A stretch of 64,000 bases of DNA from Octopus vulgaris (lineage: Eukaryota), in contig OX597822.1 in NCBI GenBank assembly GCA_951406725.2, positions 99,386,001 to 99,450,000 on the forward strand, given 5' to 3'. A program made the position numbers and the translations under genes. A model generated the notes under the pieces. The model saw nothing but the letters and a program-made list of their open reading frames with translations. It searched no databases and was not told the origin of the DNA. This document shows positions 38,093-50,198 of the stretch, piece after piece (within the stretch, counting starts at the first letter, position 1; every line of letters starts with the position of its first letter).

Positions 38093-39089
38093 CTCTAGAG
38101 CAGGAAATGGTGAAACTTTTCACTGTCTACTTTTGTTTCAACTAGTTTTATTACTAGACACGCTTCAGTTGAATGAGACATTGATTTGTTGTATCTCAAT
38201 TCCGCAAGGTATCCAACAAAGTATATTTATTTCCAGTCTCTTATTTCAGAAATGGTTTTCATTCACATGTGATCTAAAAGAACAGTATTTCTAGAACTTA
38301 TTCATAATACAACTATTTCTACAACACTTTTAACTCAAACATTGTTTCTTATGAGTGTTATAACTGAAAATTTTTCTTGTTCCAATCCTAAAACATTTTT
38401 GGAAGTAAATAGGCTGGTTAACAGCAGCAAATTATTATACAAATAGGGCCTATAGAGGTCAAACTTTTACTGGTACATAAAAAATAAGAGATAACCTAAG
38501 TATAATGCTTTGTTGTATCCATATTTTCTACATTAGCAACCTTGACTTGTAATAATTTGTAATAGTCAAACAGGTCTTTTCTGATAACATCTACCAAATC
38601 TATCTTTTAACTTACTGCTGTAACTATGGTGATTCAAATGGCACTAATATTTGGTTGTAAACATAAAGCTGCCTCCTTTCTGACCAACAAGCCAGCTTTC
38701 TGGTTTACACACAGAACCTCAATTTCCCGATTCATAAAATAATATTACAAGATACACTCTACACCCACATTGTAGGCCCTCACTTCAGCTAGAAATAGTG
38801 CAAACTTGCTGAGGACAACACATGAGCTATGAAGTACCAACTGTAATAGTAATCACCATGTGGCTCAGATAATCCCTAACAGGGACCAAAATGAACTCAT
38901 ATCAAGGACCCGGGTAAGCTCAATGATATTACCCCAATATCTTCATATATACATTGCCTTTCACAGCTGCAGTTAATACTACAGAAGTTTATAAGAAAAC
39001 TATTTCAGCTTGCAAACTAACTCAGCTTCCACAGAAAACATGTGGTTCCAAGTAAAGTAAATTCCTAATTGTATTCACAGTAAAACATT

Positions 39090-39540
39090 GCACAACCCAC
39101 TTGCATCTGGTGTGTGCATATCACTCCAGCATCTATCTTGTGCATGGATACATCATGTAGAATCTACTTGCATCTAGCAGACACATGCATATAGACCCCA
39201 CTTGCATCTTGTACCCACATCATGCAGATTCTACTTGCATAATGCACAGACATCAGGCAGAACCCACTTGCATTTTGCAGATGCACACATGCAGACCACA
39301 CATCTTACACACTAGACAGACCCCACTTGCATCTTGCACACACTTTAGACACAACTTGCTGACATCTTACATACACATCAAGCAGAAATCATTTGTGTCT
39401 TGTGTCTGCACATATGTAAACTCCACTTGCATCTTGCACAAACATAATGCACACCCCACTCACACATCATTCAAGCTCCGGTTGCATCTTACACATGCAT
39501 ACATAGGAGATCCTCTGTTAATATCTTCACTGACACACCA
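39090..39540. repeat. Degenerate ~33-bp minisatellite
   Basis: Recurring CCCACTTGCATCTTGCACACACATCATGCAGA-like units. Confidence 0.75.
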
Positions 39541-39588
39541 GCTATGACACTCACTCCTCTGAGTATATTTGTATGATTGTTTGATTTT

Positions 39589-39959
39589 TGTTACTGTTTT
39601 TTGTTTTGCTTTCATACTTTTTGGTTACTGTTTTTCAAAGAAATCTAGAAAACGGTTAATGAAGAGCCATCTCATGTAACCAGATGAACTTGTAGTCATT
39701 CGGTAACCTTCACTGGTCATTTGGACCAATGACAAGGCAGAAACCTCTCAGCCATGCACAGACTATAAAAGCAAAACTCAAATCTCTTTCTTCTCTGCAG
39801 TCATGAACCAGAGCAAGAACACTGGTTACTGTCTGCTCTTGTTTCAGCCAGTCTTAATATAAGATATTTTCAACTGAATGAGTTATTGATTTACTGCATC
39901 GTGAAGTCACCAGGTATCTAATAAAATATGTTAATTTTCTTTCTTTTATATCAGTAACA
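39589..39959 (+). mobile_element. Probable solo LTR
   Basis: TGTTACTG...CAGTAACA termini; CCAAT (39726), TATAAAA (39764) and AATAAA (39920) in LTR order; TSD imperfect (ATTTT/ATCTC). Confidence 0.5.
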
Positions 39960-40704
39960 ATCTCTATTCACACTATATATGTAACCGAAGAAATTTCTTA
40001 CAAGAACATAAGCATAGCACCACTTCTACAATACATTTTACTCAAACATTGCTTCTTATTAATGTTGTAATTCAAAGATTATTTTTCTCTAGATAAATTA
40101 CTCTCATTCAAATTCATGCATTTACAAACTTTTCAAAATGAAAATGTACAGTTTATTCAGATTGAATGATCACACCACTGAGGACAGGGGAGATCTACTT
40201 TCAAGTGAAATGTAGAAAATATAAGAGAGCTTATTATAGGTAGTAATACTGAAGGTACAATCTTCAGAGAGAACATCTTTGCAAACTATATTCTAGGTTA
40301 TACACTTGTCACCTCATCTACTTTGGGAGTTGTTATCTATTATCTTTATTTTTATGGTAAAAAAAATAAACAACCTTAAATAAGGAATGAAATTGGAAAC
40401 ATAATTTATCTATTGTGCTGGTAAAGTTTTAATAAATCTTGATATGCTTTCATAACATCCTTATTTTCATATTGGTGAAACATTAGAGTGGTTTGATAAA
40501 CTCAGGTTACCATTTAGTAAAGTACAGCAGTTGCTCCTCTGAGTTGTAATTCAAAAATAAATATATCATTAATTTATTTAACACACCTAATTTAAAATAT
40601 TTATCGATCAGTCAATTGCCTTAGATCATCATTATCATTTAACAATGATGAGATGGGTTGGATGGTTTGACAGGATCCAGTGAGCTACAGGACTGTATTG
40701 TTCC

Positions 40705-40918
40705 ATGGCAAGCTGGCAGAACCACTAGCACACAGGGCGAAATGTGTTGCGGTATTTCGTCTGCCGTTATGTTCTGAGTTCAAATTCCGCCGAGTTCGAC
40801 TTTGCCTTTCATCCTTTCAGGGTTGAGAAATTAAGTACCAGTTATGCACTGGGGTTGATGTAATCAACTTAATCCGTTTGCCTGTCCTTGTTTGTCCCCT
40901 TGTGGGTAGTAAAGAAAA
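40705..40918 (+). mobile_element. SINE family A inserted in an old RTE tail
   Basis: Homology to family A; flanking TGTATTGT..TTCCATG duplication. Confidence 0.82.
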
Positions 40919-42626
40919 AAAAATATGTATTGTGTTCCATGTCAGCTTTGGCATGGTTTGCCCTTCCCAATGCCAACCATTTTACAGCATGTAACTGCTT
41001 TACATTGTGTTACCATATATACAATTGATTATGTTCCTGATTTGATTCCATTGTTTACCTAAGTGATAGTATCTGCTAAGCATAATGGACAATTCACCTG
41101 ACCCTTGTTACGAGCAGAGTACATACAAACACACACAAAGTTATCCTAATTATCATCTCAACAAAATAAGCCTTTTTCACAGAATTTATTTGCATACTCT
41201 ATTATTTCCATATATTACTAATAATATAAAATATAATTTAAAATATGCAAATTAAAACAAACTAAATATAATTATATCATAGATAGGAAAACACTAGATA
41301 TTTAAGTAGAAAAGGGGAAAAAAAGGAAACTCAACAAATTTTGTTGGATTCATTTTGATTTAGTACCATGAAAAACACATGACAAACCTTTGAAGAATAA
41401 TGATTTATGAAAATAATAAAATAATTTATTTGTTTATTGTTATGAAATAAATGGAATCTTATTGATTATTAGCAATTTTTGAAAATATATAAATGGATGT
41501 TATTATTATTATTCTTTTTATGTATTATCAATATTTTATTATTATTATTATTATTATTAAAAAAAATTTTTTTTTTTGGAAATTCAAAGCACAAATGCAT
41601 ACAGCTAATCAGGTAATAAAGTTGTCGTTAATATTTTCCGAAAACATTAGTGCAGCAATAACAAAATCAAACTTAAATATCACTTCAGTGTTTTGGCTTT
41701 TTTTTTTCTTAAAATGAAAAAAAAAAAAAAGAAATTCAATAATTGTAAACAACTTTAGCAACGAACTTCTTCCAATCATAATATTCTTCTAATGCGACGA
41801 AATGTGAATAAACTAAAATACACATCACTGAACTAACCGCTAAGAGTGATACAAGACCAAGAACAAGTTTATTGATCGAGAGATTAAAGAAAAGCAGACG
41901 ATATCCGCAGCTTTGCACGGCAGCTGGACTAATAATCATCGTAGGGCAAATGATATCAAACATTCTTTTTTTTAAAAACCACAGCTCAACAAACACACCT
42001 TATCATTTATAGCAAGCTGAAGAATTATATCTAAAATCAATTAATAATAGTTGGTTTTTCATGTTTTTGTCAACTTTTACACCAATATTCTTAAGACTAT
42101 GGCAAGCACTTTACCAAAGCTATGAACTTTTGAAATGGTATTCTCGTAAATGCTTCAAATAAACAGTTACAGCTGTGATACATACACATAGCAAATAACA
42201 AGTTTTCCACAAATGTAGCCTATAGTGCTATAATGCTTGCACACCATGTATGTGTCTTGCTCAACATGTGGTGGAGAGATAATACAAAGCTGGCAATAAG
42301 TATACAGAAGTATAGTGGATCTTTGATAGATTAGCAGGTACCTAGATTTTAAATTTGTTGGTTATGGAAACATTAGCAATGAGGGTACTTATCATAAGTC
42401 AAGGACTTCTGGAACAGTAAATAGTTCTTGTTGACATAATTAGCAACGGTAGGAGTTTTGGAGAAAAGGTAGTAAAATATAAAAGGGGTGGAAAATGATG
42501 GCGTTGGTGCTTTTGCTAAATTTTTTTTTGCTTTATGGGGAGGGGTATGCAACAACTAAAAGTGGTAGGCACCAATGTATTCTGATGAATATGCAGTTAA
42601 CAATTGTTAGGTGTGAACCTAAAATT

Positions 42627-42888
42627 ATCATCATCATCATCATCGTTTAATGTCCGGTTTCCATGCTAGCATGGGTTGGACGGTTCGACCGGGGTCTGGG
42701 AAGCCAGAAGGCTGCACCAGGCTCCAATCTGATCTGGCAGAGTTTCTACAGCTGGATGCCCTTTCTAACACCAACCACTCCGTGAGTGTAGTGGGTGCTT
42801 TTTACGTGCCAGGCGAAGCTGGCAATGGCCACGATTGGTTGGTGCTTTTTACGTGTCACTGGCACGGAAGCCAGTCAAGGCGGCGCTG
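42627..42888 (-). mobile_element. RTE 3' UTR fragment
   Basis: (CAT)n tail and conserved 3' block. Confidence 0.85.
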
Positions 42889-43675
42889 AAGTACTGGATA
42901 CAATAAACGACACACCTTTCTATCTTTTATCTATTATGTATCTATACTGACAATGGTGATGGTAATAGCAGTAATGATAAAAGAAGGGAATCTTAAGATG
43001 TCTTAGCATGAGAGAGTATATCATTAAATTTATATCTTCAAAATGGTTCTGAAATCTATATTAAAAAAAAAGAAAAGTCTTTTGCACTCATAACTCATCT
43101 AAATTGGTTGAAGATAAACAAAAATATTCCTCTTCTATTTTCCTTCACTTATATGGGCCACTTTAGGGCTATAACTTTACAAGTTATGAGGCATTTATTA
43201 CTAGTGGTGTTGCTATGAAAAAAAAAAAACATTCAATCCACTTAGTAAAGACGGTGCTAAGCAGAGGATTAAGTTGGGGATCAAGTCAGAGATACGATGC
43301 CAAAGAAGAGAATGATGCATAACAGTCGTCCTCAGACTGTCAAAATCTCCAGCCCATGCCAACAAGGAAATCACATGTTAAATTATGACGAGAAGGATAA
43401 TGATGTAAAAGATGCATCATTAAAATGGAAGGTAATTCCATTTTAGATTTAAAAAGAAAAAAGATTTGGTTAAACCATATAATTAAAATCCATCTTCTAA
43501 ATTAATTTAACAAATGTGTAATGAATAATCACAGCAGCATGTAGGTTTAATGAAGTATACCGATGTTATATAAATATCTCCTTTTATATCAATTTTATTG
43601 CTATTTTTTTTTCACATTCACATTTTATGCACATTAATCTATTCTAGGCATTGAATTGCATAATTCTGAAGAATA

Positions 43676-44127
43676 GGTACAGGTGTAGCCATGTGATAAA
43701 GATGCTTGCTTCCAGACCATGTGGTTTTAGGTTCAGTTCCACAAAGTGACACATTGGACAAGTGTCTTCTACTATAGCCCTAGGCTGACCAAGTCCTGTG
43801 AGTGGATTTGGTAAACAAAAACTGAAAGAAGTTTGTCTCGTGTATGCGTGTGTGTGTGAATGTGCATGTGTGTGAATGTGTGTGTGTGCGTTCATGTGTG
43901 TGCATGAACCTTTCTCTTGATAATGTGATGATTGTAAATGAGTGCCACCACCATACAAGCGGTGTTATTTGTTTCCAGTCTGCTGTGAAAAACCTGTCTG
44001 CCCACAGGGAAATAGTACCTGACTTGAAAATAGATGAGGGTTGGCAGCATAAAGAAATATCTAGCCATAGAAAATCTGCCTTGATGAATCTCATCTGACC
44101 CATGCAAGCCCATGGAAAATCAGACAT
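43676..44127 (+). mobile_element. SINE family B head with RTE-like tail (type 2)
   Basis: Homologous to 11710-12117 and 61580-61990. Confidence 0.75.
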
Positions 44128-44411
44128 CAACCATTAGCATTTAAACTGGCCATATCTGGCCAAAATGTTCTACTTGTTTAATGCTCAAACTGGCCAAATC
44201 CAGTGTCATACACCTACCCTACAATGTCATTCTAAAAGTAAACAATCTCTAAATCAAAATCTCAAAGCTACAAGATAATGCATGGTTATTCCAATAGAAT
44301 GTGAATAAATAAGCATTACAGTTGACAGAATAATGTGAATGCTAAAAGGGTTAAAATGGTTGTGATGGTGTTTATGTTAAAACTGGATAGCCTTTCCAAC
44401 AGCAAGTACAT

Positions 44412-44761
44412 GTGGAGGCGCAATGGCCCAGTGATTAGGGCAGCGGACTCGCGGTTTCGATTCCCAGACCGGGTGTTGCGTACATTTATTGAGCAAAAAC
44501 ACCTAAAGCTCCACGAAACTCTGGCAGGGGGTGGTGGCGACCCGTTGTACTCTTTCGCTCCAACTTTCTCTCACTCTTCCTTCCTGTTTCTTGTCTCCGA
44601 CTTCCTATGCAACCGCTGAGCCTGGATGTGCATTCATCCATCCGTCGATGCTCTCGGTGTCGGGGGTTGACCTGCTTTCTCATCTGCGGGTCTCACGAAT
44701 AGCAAAGGACAACATTTCGGACTTTTCCCAGTGGGACGAAGTCTGCTTTGCTCAACAAACA
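44412..44761 (+). mobile_element. SINE family C, tail type 1
   Basis: TSD AACAGCAwGTACAT (44398-44411/44762-44775). Confidence 0.88.
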
Positions 44762-44802
44762 AACAGCATGTACATTGATAACAACAGAGTGAAGTGATTT
44801 AC

Positions 44803-44968
44803 CTGAGCTTTACTAGGATGTGGGGCTCCCTGAAATTCTATTGTCCCATAAGCATCTGTCGGTTTCACTTCAGTGTGGCGGAGCGGATGCCAACGTTCTT
44901 CTGTATAGTCAGCAGCAATTTCCCGTGTAAGGGCAACATGTCTATCTTCTTCCCGTCCACAACAACAT
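44803..44968 (-). CDS. TRPM: TRPM coding exon (166 nt): CCCGREEDRHVALTREIAADYTEERWHPLRHTEVKPTDAYGTIEFQGAPHPSKAQ
   Basis: ccttgcag|A TGT TGT TGT GGA ... GCT CAG|gtaaat. CCCGR and PTDAYGTIEFQG are hallmark motifs of the TRPM melastatin homology region. Confidence 0.95.
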
Positions 44969-45716
44969 CTGCAAGGAGTAATAAAGGCAAAAGGTAAAAA
45001 ACACAAATAAGATATATCACATTTAGCGTAATAACATACTGTCTACTGATCTGTGTTGCTGTATATCAAATTACAAAAGCATTACTTTACTGAAATCAAC
45101 TGGTTTCTGGAGAACATAACCACTATGTAAAAATACCTTTATATATGCTGAACTTTATGTGGCTTTTCACAAGATTATACAGGTGATGGAGATGTGGCAA
45201 CAGCAAATCATCATAGCAACATTATTGTGAATTAGGTCTTAAGACCTATTATTAAACCACAGCAAATATTTGTTCAGGCTTGTGGGGTAACATTTATGTG
45301 GTCAATAAAACTGCTAGAAATAACAAACAAATCTCCCTCAAATCCTATTCAAGCATTTTTTTTTTTTTTTTGAAAAACACCAAGAATAAAACCCAATATC
45401 TGAAAATATGATGGGGTGGTCAGGATGCATACTTTTCAACAAAGGTCTGCTGGATAAGGGCAAACCTGGGATTAAACAACAAATGGATATCTGCAAGTTT
45501 TTATGTCTTATGATGGTGAACGCACATTACCAACAGAGTAGTGAACACATTATCAACATGATACTTTTATTTCCACATTAAGTTTTACTGTTTCTAAACT
45601 TGGAAGTCAGTCTCACCAAAACTGTTTTTTTTTTTCTATTAATTTAAAAAAAAATTAAATACAAAACAAAACGGTATCTTAATACAATGAAACAACATTT
45701 AAAATTATAAATCGTG

Positions 45717-48690
45717 ATAATAATAATAATAATAATAATAATAATTGTGTACAGTGCTCAGGTGCACTACAACTCATCTAAAGTGTATATATAATCAGGT
45801 GAAGTTTCGGCGGATTTCGGAAAGCATGAGGGCCTTAAAAGATGCAGTGTCATGGCAGTCAACAACTGACGCAGGCAGTTTATTCCATGCTTCAGCAACT
45901 CTGAGCGTGAAAAAATGTTTCCGAAAGTCATGGGAGCTGTATTGTTTTCTGACTTTGTAGGCATGTCCACGTGTGTTAGACACATGGAGATCAAAAAGGT
46001 GTTCAGTGTTGTTGTTGGTGAGGTGGTTGATAACTTTGTGGGTGTTTACCAAGTCCGTCGCCAAACGCCGGAGCTTCAGTGAATCCATGCCCAGGGAAAC
46101 AAGGCGCTCAGAATATGGTAGGTGTCTGATGGAGGGTATGCGTTTGGTTGCACGTCTCTGGACAGATTCCAGGAGGTCAATGTTCTGTGCAAGATAGGGG
46201 TTCCAAATTGATGATGCGAATTCCAAGTGTGGTCGTACCATAGCTGTATACAGTTTTAAATAGATGGCTGGAGAGCGGCTAACAAAAGACCTGCTGAGTG
46301 ATGCCAAGACACCCTCGGCCTTCCTGACAATCTTAGAGATATGCTTTGACCAACGCAAATCACTGCTGACAGTGATGCCTAGGTCACGCTCGCAAGAGGA
46401 TTTCTTGATATCAGTGTTGTGGAGGGAGTATGTGAACGCAGGGTTTTTTCTCCCAAAATGCATGGTGGTACACTTGTCCACAGCCAGTTTCAGTTGCCAG
46501 TCTGTGATCCATTGCTGCATTGTGTCTAGGTCTGATTGCAGGAAAGAGTTGTAGACATCAGGATCTGTCCTCTTGATTTCAAGGTACAGCTTGATGTCGT
46601 CTGCATATTTCAATACTGTGGCATTCTTTAAATTGGCATCTATGTCGTTAATGTATGCCACAAACAAGAGGGGGCCAAGGACAGATCCCTGTGGTACACC
46701 CGATGACATCTCATATGGTGTAGAGTGCTGTCCTAGAACTGTGACTACCTCCTTTCGGCTGAGGATGAAGGATTTCAACCAGTTAAAAAGGTCATCCCCC
46801 ACACCCATTGCAGAGAGTTTCACCATAAGCCTTTTGTGTGGCACAGAGTTGAAAGCCTTAGCAAAGTCAAGGTAGACAACATCCACCCATGAGCCACTGT
46901 CAGTAATCTGAGTAATGTCCTCAAGGAACTCGACAAGCTGGTCACTGCAGCTGGAGTTAGGGACAAATCCATATTGTGAGGGTCGGATGAGACTGTGAGA
47001 GCTCCAGAAGTTCCAGAGTGTTTCTCTGACACACGATTCCATCAGTTTTGCAATACAGCTAGTGAGACTGACTGGGCGATAGTTGACAGGTGATGTGCGG
47101 TCGCCCTTTTTGAACAGAGGAATGACACTGGCAGTTTTCCACTGCTCCGGAGTAGCACCATTGTTGAGACAGTACTGGAAGAAAATAGAAAGCTGGTGCA
47201 AAAGGAAGTGCCTGCCACGTTTGAGAAGCAGGTATGTAACTCCATCGAGACCAGGGGAGGCATAGTTGCGCTTATTTTGAAGGTGACGTCGCAGCATTGC
47301 AGGTGTAAATTCCATAGTTGTTATGGAGTTTGCTGTTAGTGATGGTGAAGATGGTACATTTTGACTTTCAACAGTGAATATGTTTGCATAGCACTCGGCA
47401 ATGAGTTCTGCGCATTCCTTGGGGTCGTCAGTGATCTGGTTTGTGTGAGGGTTGCGAAGAGGGCCCACTGGAGAGTGAGGTCTCTGCTTTGAGTGCACAT
47501 ATTTCCAGAAAACCTTGCTGTCAGGATTGGCTGCTATGCACTGTTCAAATTCAAGCACTGCTTTTTTTGTCACTTGCTTGAGATGGTTGGAGGATTTATT
47601 CCGCTTCTTCCTGCTGGTGTCTGATTTATGCAACCTGTATTCCCGTTCAGCAGTCCGACGTTCCCTCCTGGCAAGTCGGACCGCTGAAGTTTCCCAAATT
47701 GCCCTTTTGGGGCGGTTCTTCTTTTTTTGTTTACGTGGCACTGATGCTGCACATGCTGCCCATATTGAGTCCAGGATACTCTGGAGTATAGTATTCACAT
47801 CTCCAGAGTTGTAGAATTCACGCCAGTTTGGGTGCTGTAGTTCAGTGTGGTACAGGTTCCAATCTGCTCTCTTCCAATCGAAGGAAGCAGATTGGAGATG
47901 GTTCAGGTTTTTGTTGCCCGCAAGAGCCAGATTGGCGATGATCATAGCATGATCAGAGTCACCTAGAGGTTCCTCCGTAGTGCAATTGATAACCGCTTCA
48001 GGAGTTGTGGTGAAGAGCAGGTCCAAGGTGTTGTCGCCTCTTGTTGGAGAGGTGACTACTTGTGACCAGTTTGAGTCCAGCACAAGCTCAACAAAATCGT
48101 TTGCACTCTGTGGCCAATGGAAGGTCTCCCAATCGATCTCAGGATGATTGAAATCGCCTGCAATAAACACATAAGTGGCTGTTTTCCTGGCAGCAGCTCG
48201 GAGGACATTGCAAAGCTGTGTGTCCCGATGGTAACTTGGGGGACGATAAACAACGCCAAGCAGGAGTGTTGACATGGTCATACGCACGTCACAGAAAAAA
48301 ACTTCTTCTTGTGATTCGTTCAAATCGGCACAAGGAATTACCAAAAAATTTGAACGAACGTAGACCATCACACCACCACCACGGCGGTTAGTGCGGTCCT
48401 TACGGAAGAGGTTGTACCCCGTAATGTTGAAAACCCCATTACAGAGTAAGGAATGCGCCCATGTTTCCGTGACAGTGATGAAGTCAGGGTCAACACTTCT
48501 GACGTAGGCGTTGAACAAATGTATTTTGTTGCATAAACTGCGAGCATTTAAGGACAACAATTTGTACCCTGCTCGCAGTTTATGATGGTGTGTAGAGGAT
48601 GGCAGGTTGTTCTGGCTTAGTTTCCCTGAGTTGCTGATAAAACATTTTACTCCCACCAGTGTTTCGTGTGTCATTTCATGAGGCAAATTG
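45717..48690 (-). mobile_element. CR1-clade LINE: whole ORF2, short 3' UTR, (TTA)n tail, no ORF1 seen
   Basis: See ORF2; GC content drops abruptly at both boundaries. Confidence 0.93.
45795..48686 (-). CDS. CR1 LINE ORF2: APE endonuclease + reverse transcriptase (963 codons, uninterrupted)
   Basis: LNARSL, VTETW, GDFNHP, LDLLFT, SDH; YRPVSLTS, QYGF, YLDFAKAF, GVPQGSVLGP, YADD; CR1-type C-terminus TRGH...FFTLRVAEAWNKLP. Confidence 0.96.
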   Translation of the reverse strand: MPHEMTHETLVGVKCFISNSGKLSQNNLPSSTHHHKLRAGYKLLSLNARSLCNKIHLFNAYVRSVDPDFITVTETWAHSLLCNGVFNITGYNLFRKDRTNRRGGGVMVYVRSNFLVIPCADLNESQEEVFFCDVRMTMSTLLLGVVYRPPSYHRDTQLCNVLRAAARKTATYVFIAGDFNHPEIDWETFHWPQSANDFVELVLDSNWSQVVTSPTRGDNTLDLLFTTTPEAVINCTTEEPLGDSDHAMIIANLALAGNKNLNHLQSASFDWKRADWNLYHTELQHPNWREFYNSGDVNTILQSILDSIWAACAASVPRKQKKKNRPKRAIWETSAVRLARRERRTAEREYRLHKSDTSRKKRNKSSNHLKQVTKKAVLEFEQCIAANPDSKVFWKYVHSKQRPHSPVGPLRNPHTNQITDDPKECAELIAECYANIFTVESQNVPSSPSLTANSITTMEFTPAMLRRHLQNKRNYASPGLDGVTYLLLKRGRHFLLHQLSIFFQYCLNNGATPEQWKTASVIPLFKKGDRTSPVNYRPVSLTSCIAKLMESCVRETLWNFWSSHSLIRPSQYGFVPNSSCSDQLVEFLEDITQITDSGSWVDVVYLDFAKAFNSVPHKRLMVKLSAMGVGDDLFNWLKSFILSRKEVVTVLGQHSTPYEMSSGVPQGSVLGPLLFVAYINDIDANLKNATVLKYADDIKLYLEIKRTDPDVYNSFLQSDLDTMQQWITDWQLKLAVDKCTTMHFGRKNPAFTYSLHNTDIKKSSCERDLGITVSSDLRWSKHISKIVRKAEGVLASLSRSFVSRSPAIYLKLYTAMVRPHLEFASSIWNPYLAQNIDLLESVQRRATKRIPSIRHLPYSERLVSLGMDSLKLRRLATDLVNTHKVINHLTNNNTEHLFDLHVSNTRGHAYKVRKQYSSHDFRKHFFTLRVAEAWNKLPASVVDCHDTASFKALMLSEIRRNFT

Positions 48691-48924
48691 CGTACAATAA
48701 GATCTTTAATACAAAGGTAGGTGTAACAGTTTAGTTCTCACGTACAATGTGTATCTGGGCTTAAAAATTTGGAAAAAAATATGCTGGTTATACATGAATA
48801 AATAGACTAACTTTAAGGAAGCTCTTTTTTATCATATTTCCTCTTAATTTTTCTTTTTTTTGGTTATCTTGAAAACAATGATTTAATCTTTAGTTTGTTC
48901 CTTTTATGATGTGGTTTTGGCTTA

Positions 48925-49315
48925 TTCTTTTCTTTTATTCTTTTACTTGTTTCAGTCATTTGACTGTGGCCATGCGGGAGCACCACCTTTAGTTGAACAA
49001 ATCGACTCCAGGACTTATTCTTTGTAAGCCTAGTACTTATTTCATCGGTCTCTTGTGCCAAACCGCTAAGTTACCAGGACATAAACACACCAACGCTGGT
49101 TATCAAGCAATGGTGGGGGGACAAACACAGACACACACACATATATATATATATGATGGGCTTCTTTCAGTTTCTGTCTACCAAATCCACTCACAAGGCT
49201 TTGGTCGGCCCGAGGCTATAGCAGAAGACACTTGCCCAAGGCGCCTTGCAGTGGGACTGAACCCAGAACCATGTGGTTGGTAAGCAAGCTACTTACCACA
49301 TAGCCACTCCTGCGT
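48925..49315 (-). mobile_element. SINE family B, tail type 1
   Basis: Full-length reverse copy. Confidence 0.87.
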
Positions 49316-49889
49316 CTATCAAATAATTTTTAAAGAAATATATTAATTTACATTATCCAGGGTGCACAATTGTAATATATTGATTTTATCCCCCATCACC
49401 TCTATTTTTGGAGACACAAGAGATACCTCTTTATATACCGATGTATTCAATAAAGGAAATTGAAATTAAGGACATCAGTTGTGCCTTACATTTTGGTTCC
49501 TCAGAAGTAAGACATGATTGAGTATATTTAGAGTGCTGATTCCAAAAATGGTATTAACTAGACTCAAGCTAATTAAAGATCTGCTATTTTGATATAAAAA
49601 AAGTAACAATACTGATGCCTTTAATATATTATTTTTCCACAGTTGTCTTTTTTGATATATGAGTTCTAAATTATTACCAGATAATTCTTTGTCTTGCACA
49701 GTACATCTCTACAGCTCTTTAAGTTGGATTTTAAATATTTATGGTATATACATACAAGTGAAGGTACATGGCCTAGTGGTTAGGCTGTTGCACTCATGAT
49801 TGCTAGATCAAGGGTTCGATTCCCAGGTTGGGTAGCATGTTGTCTTCTTGAGCTAAACACTTCGCTTCATGTTGTTCTAGTTCCCCATG

Positions 49890-50198
49890 GGAAAATCTTA
49901 CACTGTTTGAAGCAGATCCAGCTGGTTTCCTCAAACATTTCATAACCCAGGATGTTGGATTCATCACTTTGAGCCAGAGACAGAGACAATCCAATCAGTG
50001 GAAACACTCCTCCTCACCTGCTTCAAAGAAGGCCTAAGTTGTTTCATCTGCAGGAAAGGTGAAGATCCAAGCACTGCAACACTGATGGAAGAAGTGTGTG
50101 GACTGCAAGGGGGAACGGTGTTGAAAAATAGACCTCATTTGGTCACATTCCATGAGAGTATCTTAGTCTGCCGATGAAATTTTCAGCAAACCCTTGTA
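49890..50198 (+). mobile_element. Internally deleted mariner transposase remnant with right TIR
   Basis: LFEADPAGFLKHFITQD..WIHHFEPET..QWKHSSSP..VVSSAGKV joined to IQALQH*WKKCVDCKG; ends TTTTCAGCAAACCCTTG-TA. Confidence 0.75.

Larger units (their letters stand above)
13..44802 (-). other. 44.8-kb phase-0 GT-AG intron of TRPM
   Basis: Donor at 44802-44801, acceptor at 14-13; flanking peptides are contiguous (SKAQ|YVRL). Confidence 0.8.

Noticed and set aside
41736-41996. 86-aa membrane microprotein
   Set aside because: No recognisable homology, and hydrophobic bias is expected from T-rich DNA; kept only as part of a low-confidence finding.
44752-45006. 84-aa ORF as a stand-alone gene
   Set aside because: Only 44968-44803 is exon; both flanks are intronic and bounded by splice sites.
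45973-48259. Short ORFs overlapping the CR1 ORF2
   Set aside because: Shadow frames of a GC-richer coding sequence with no motifs.
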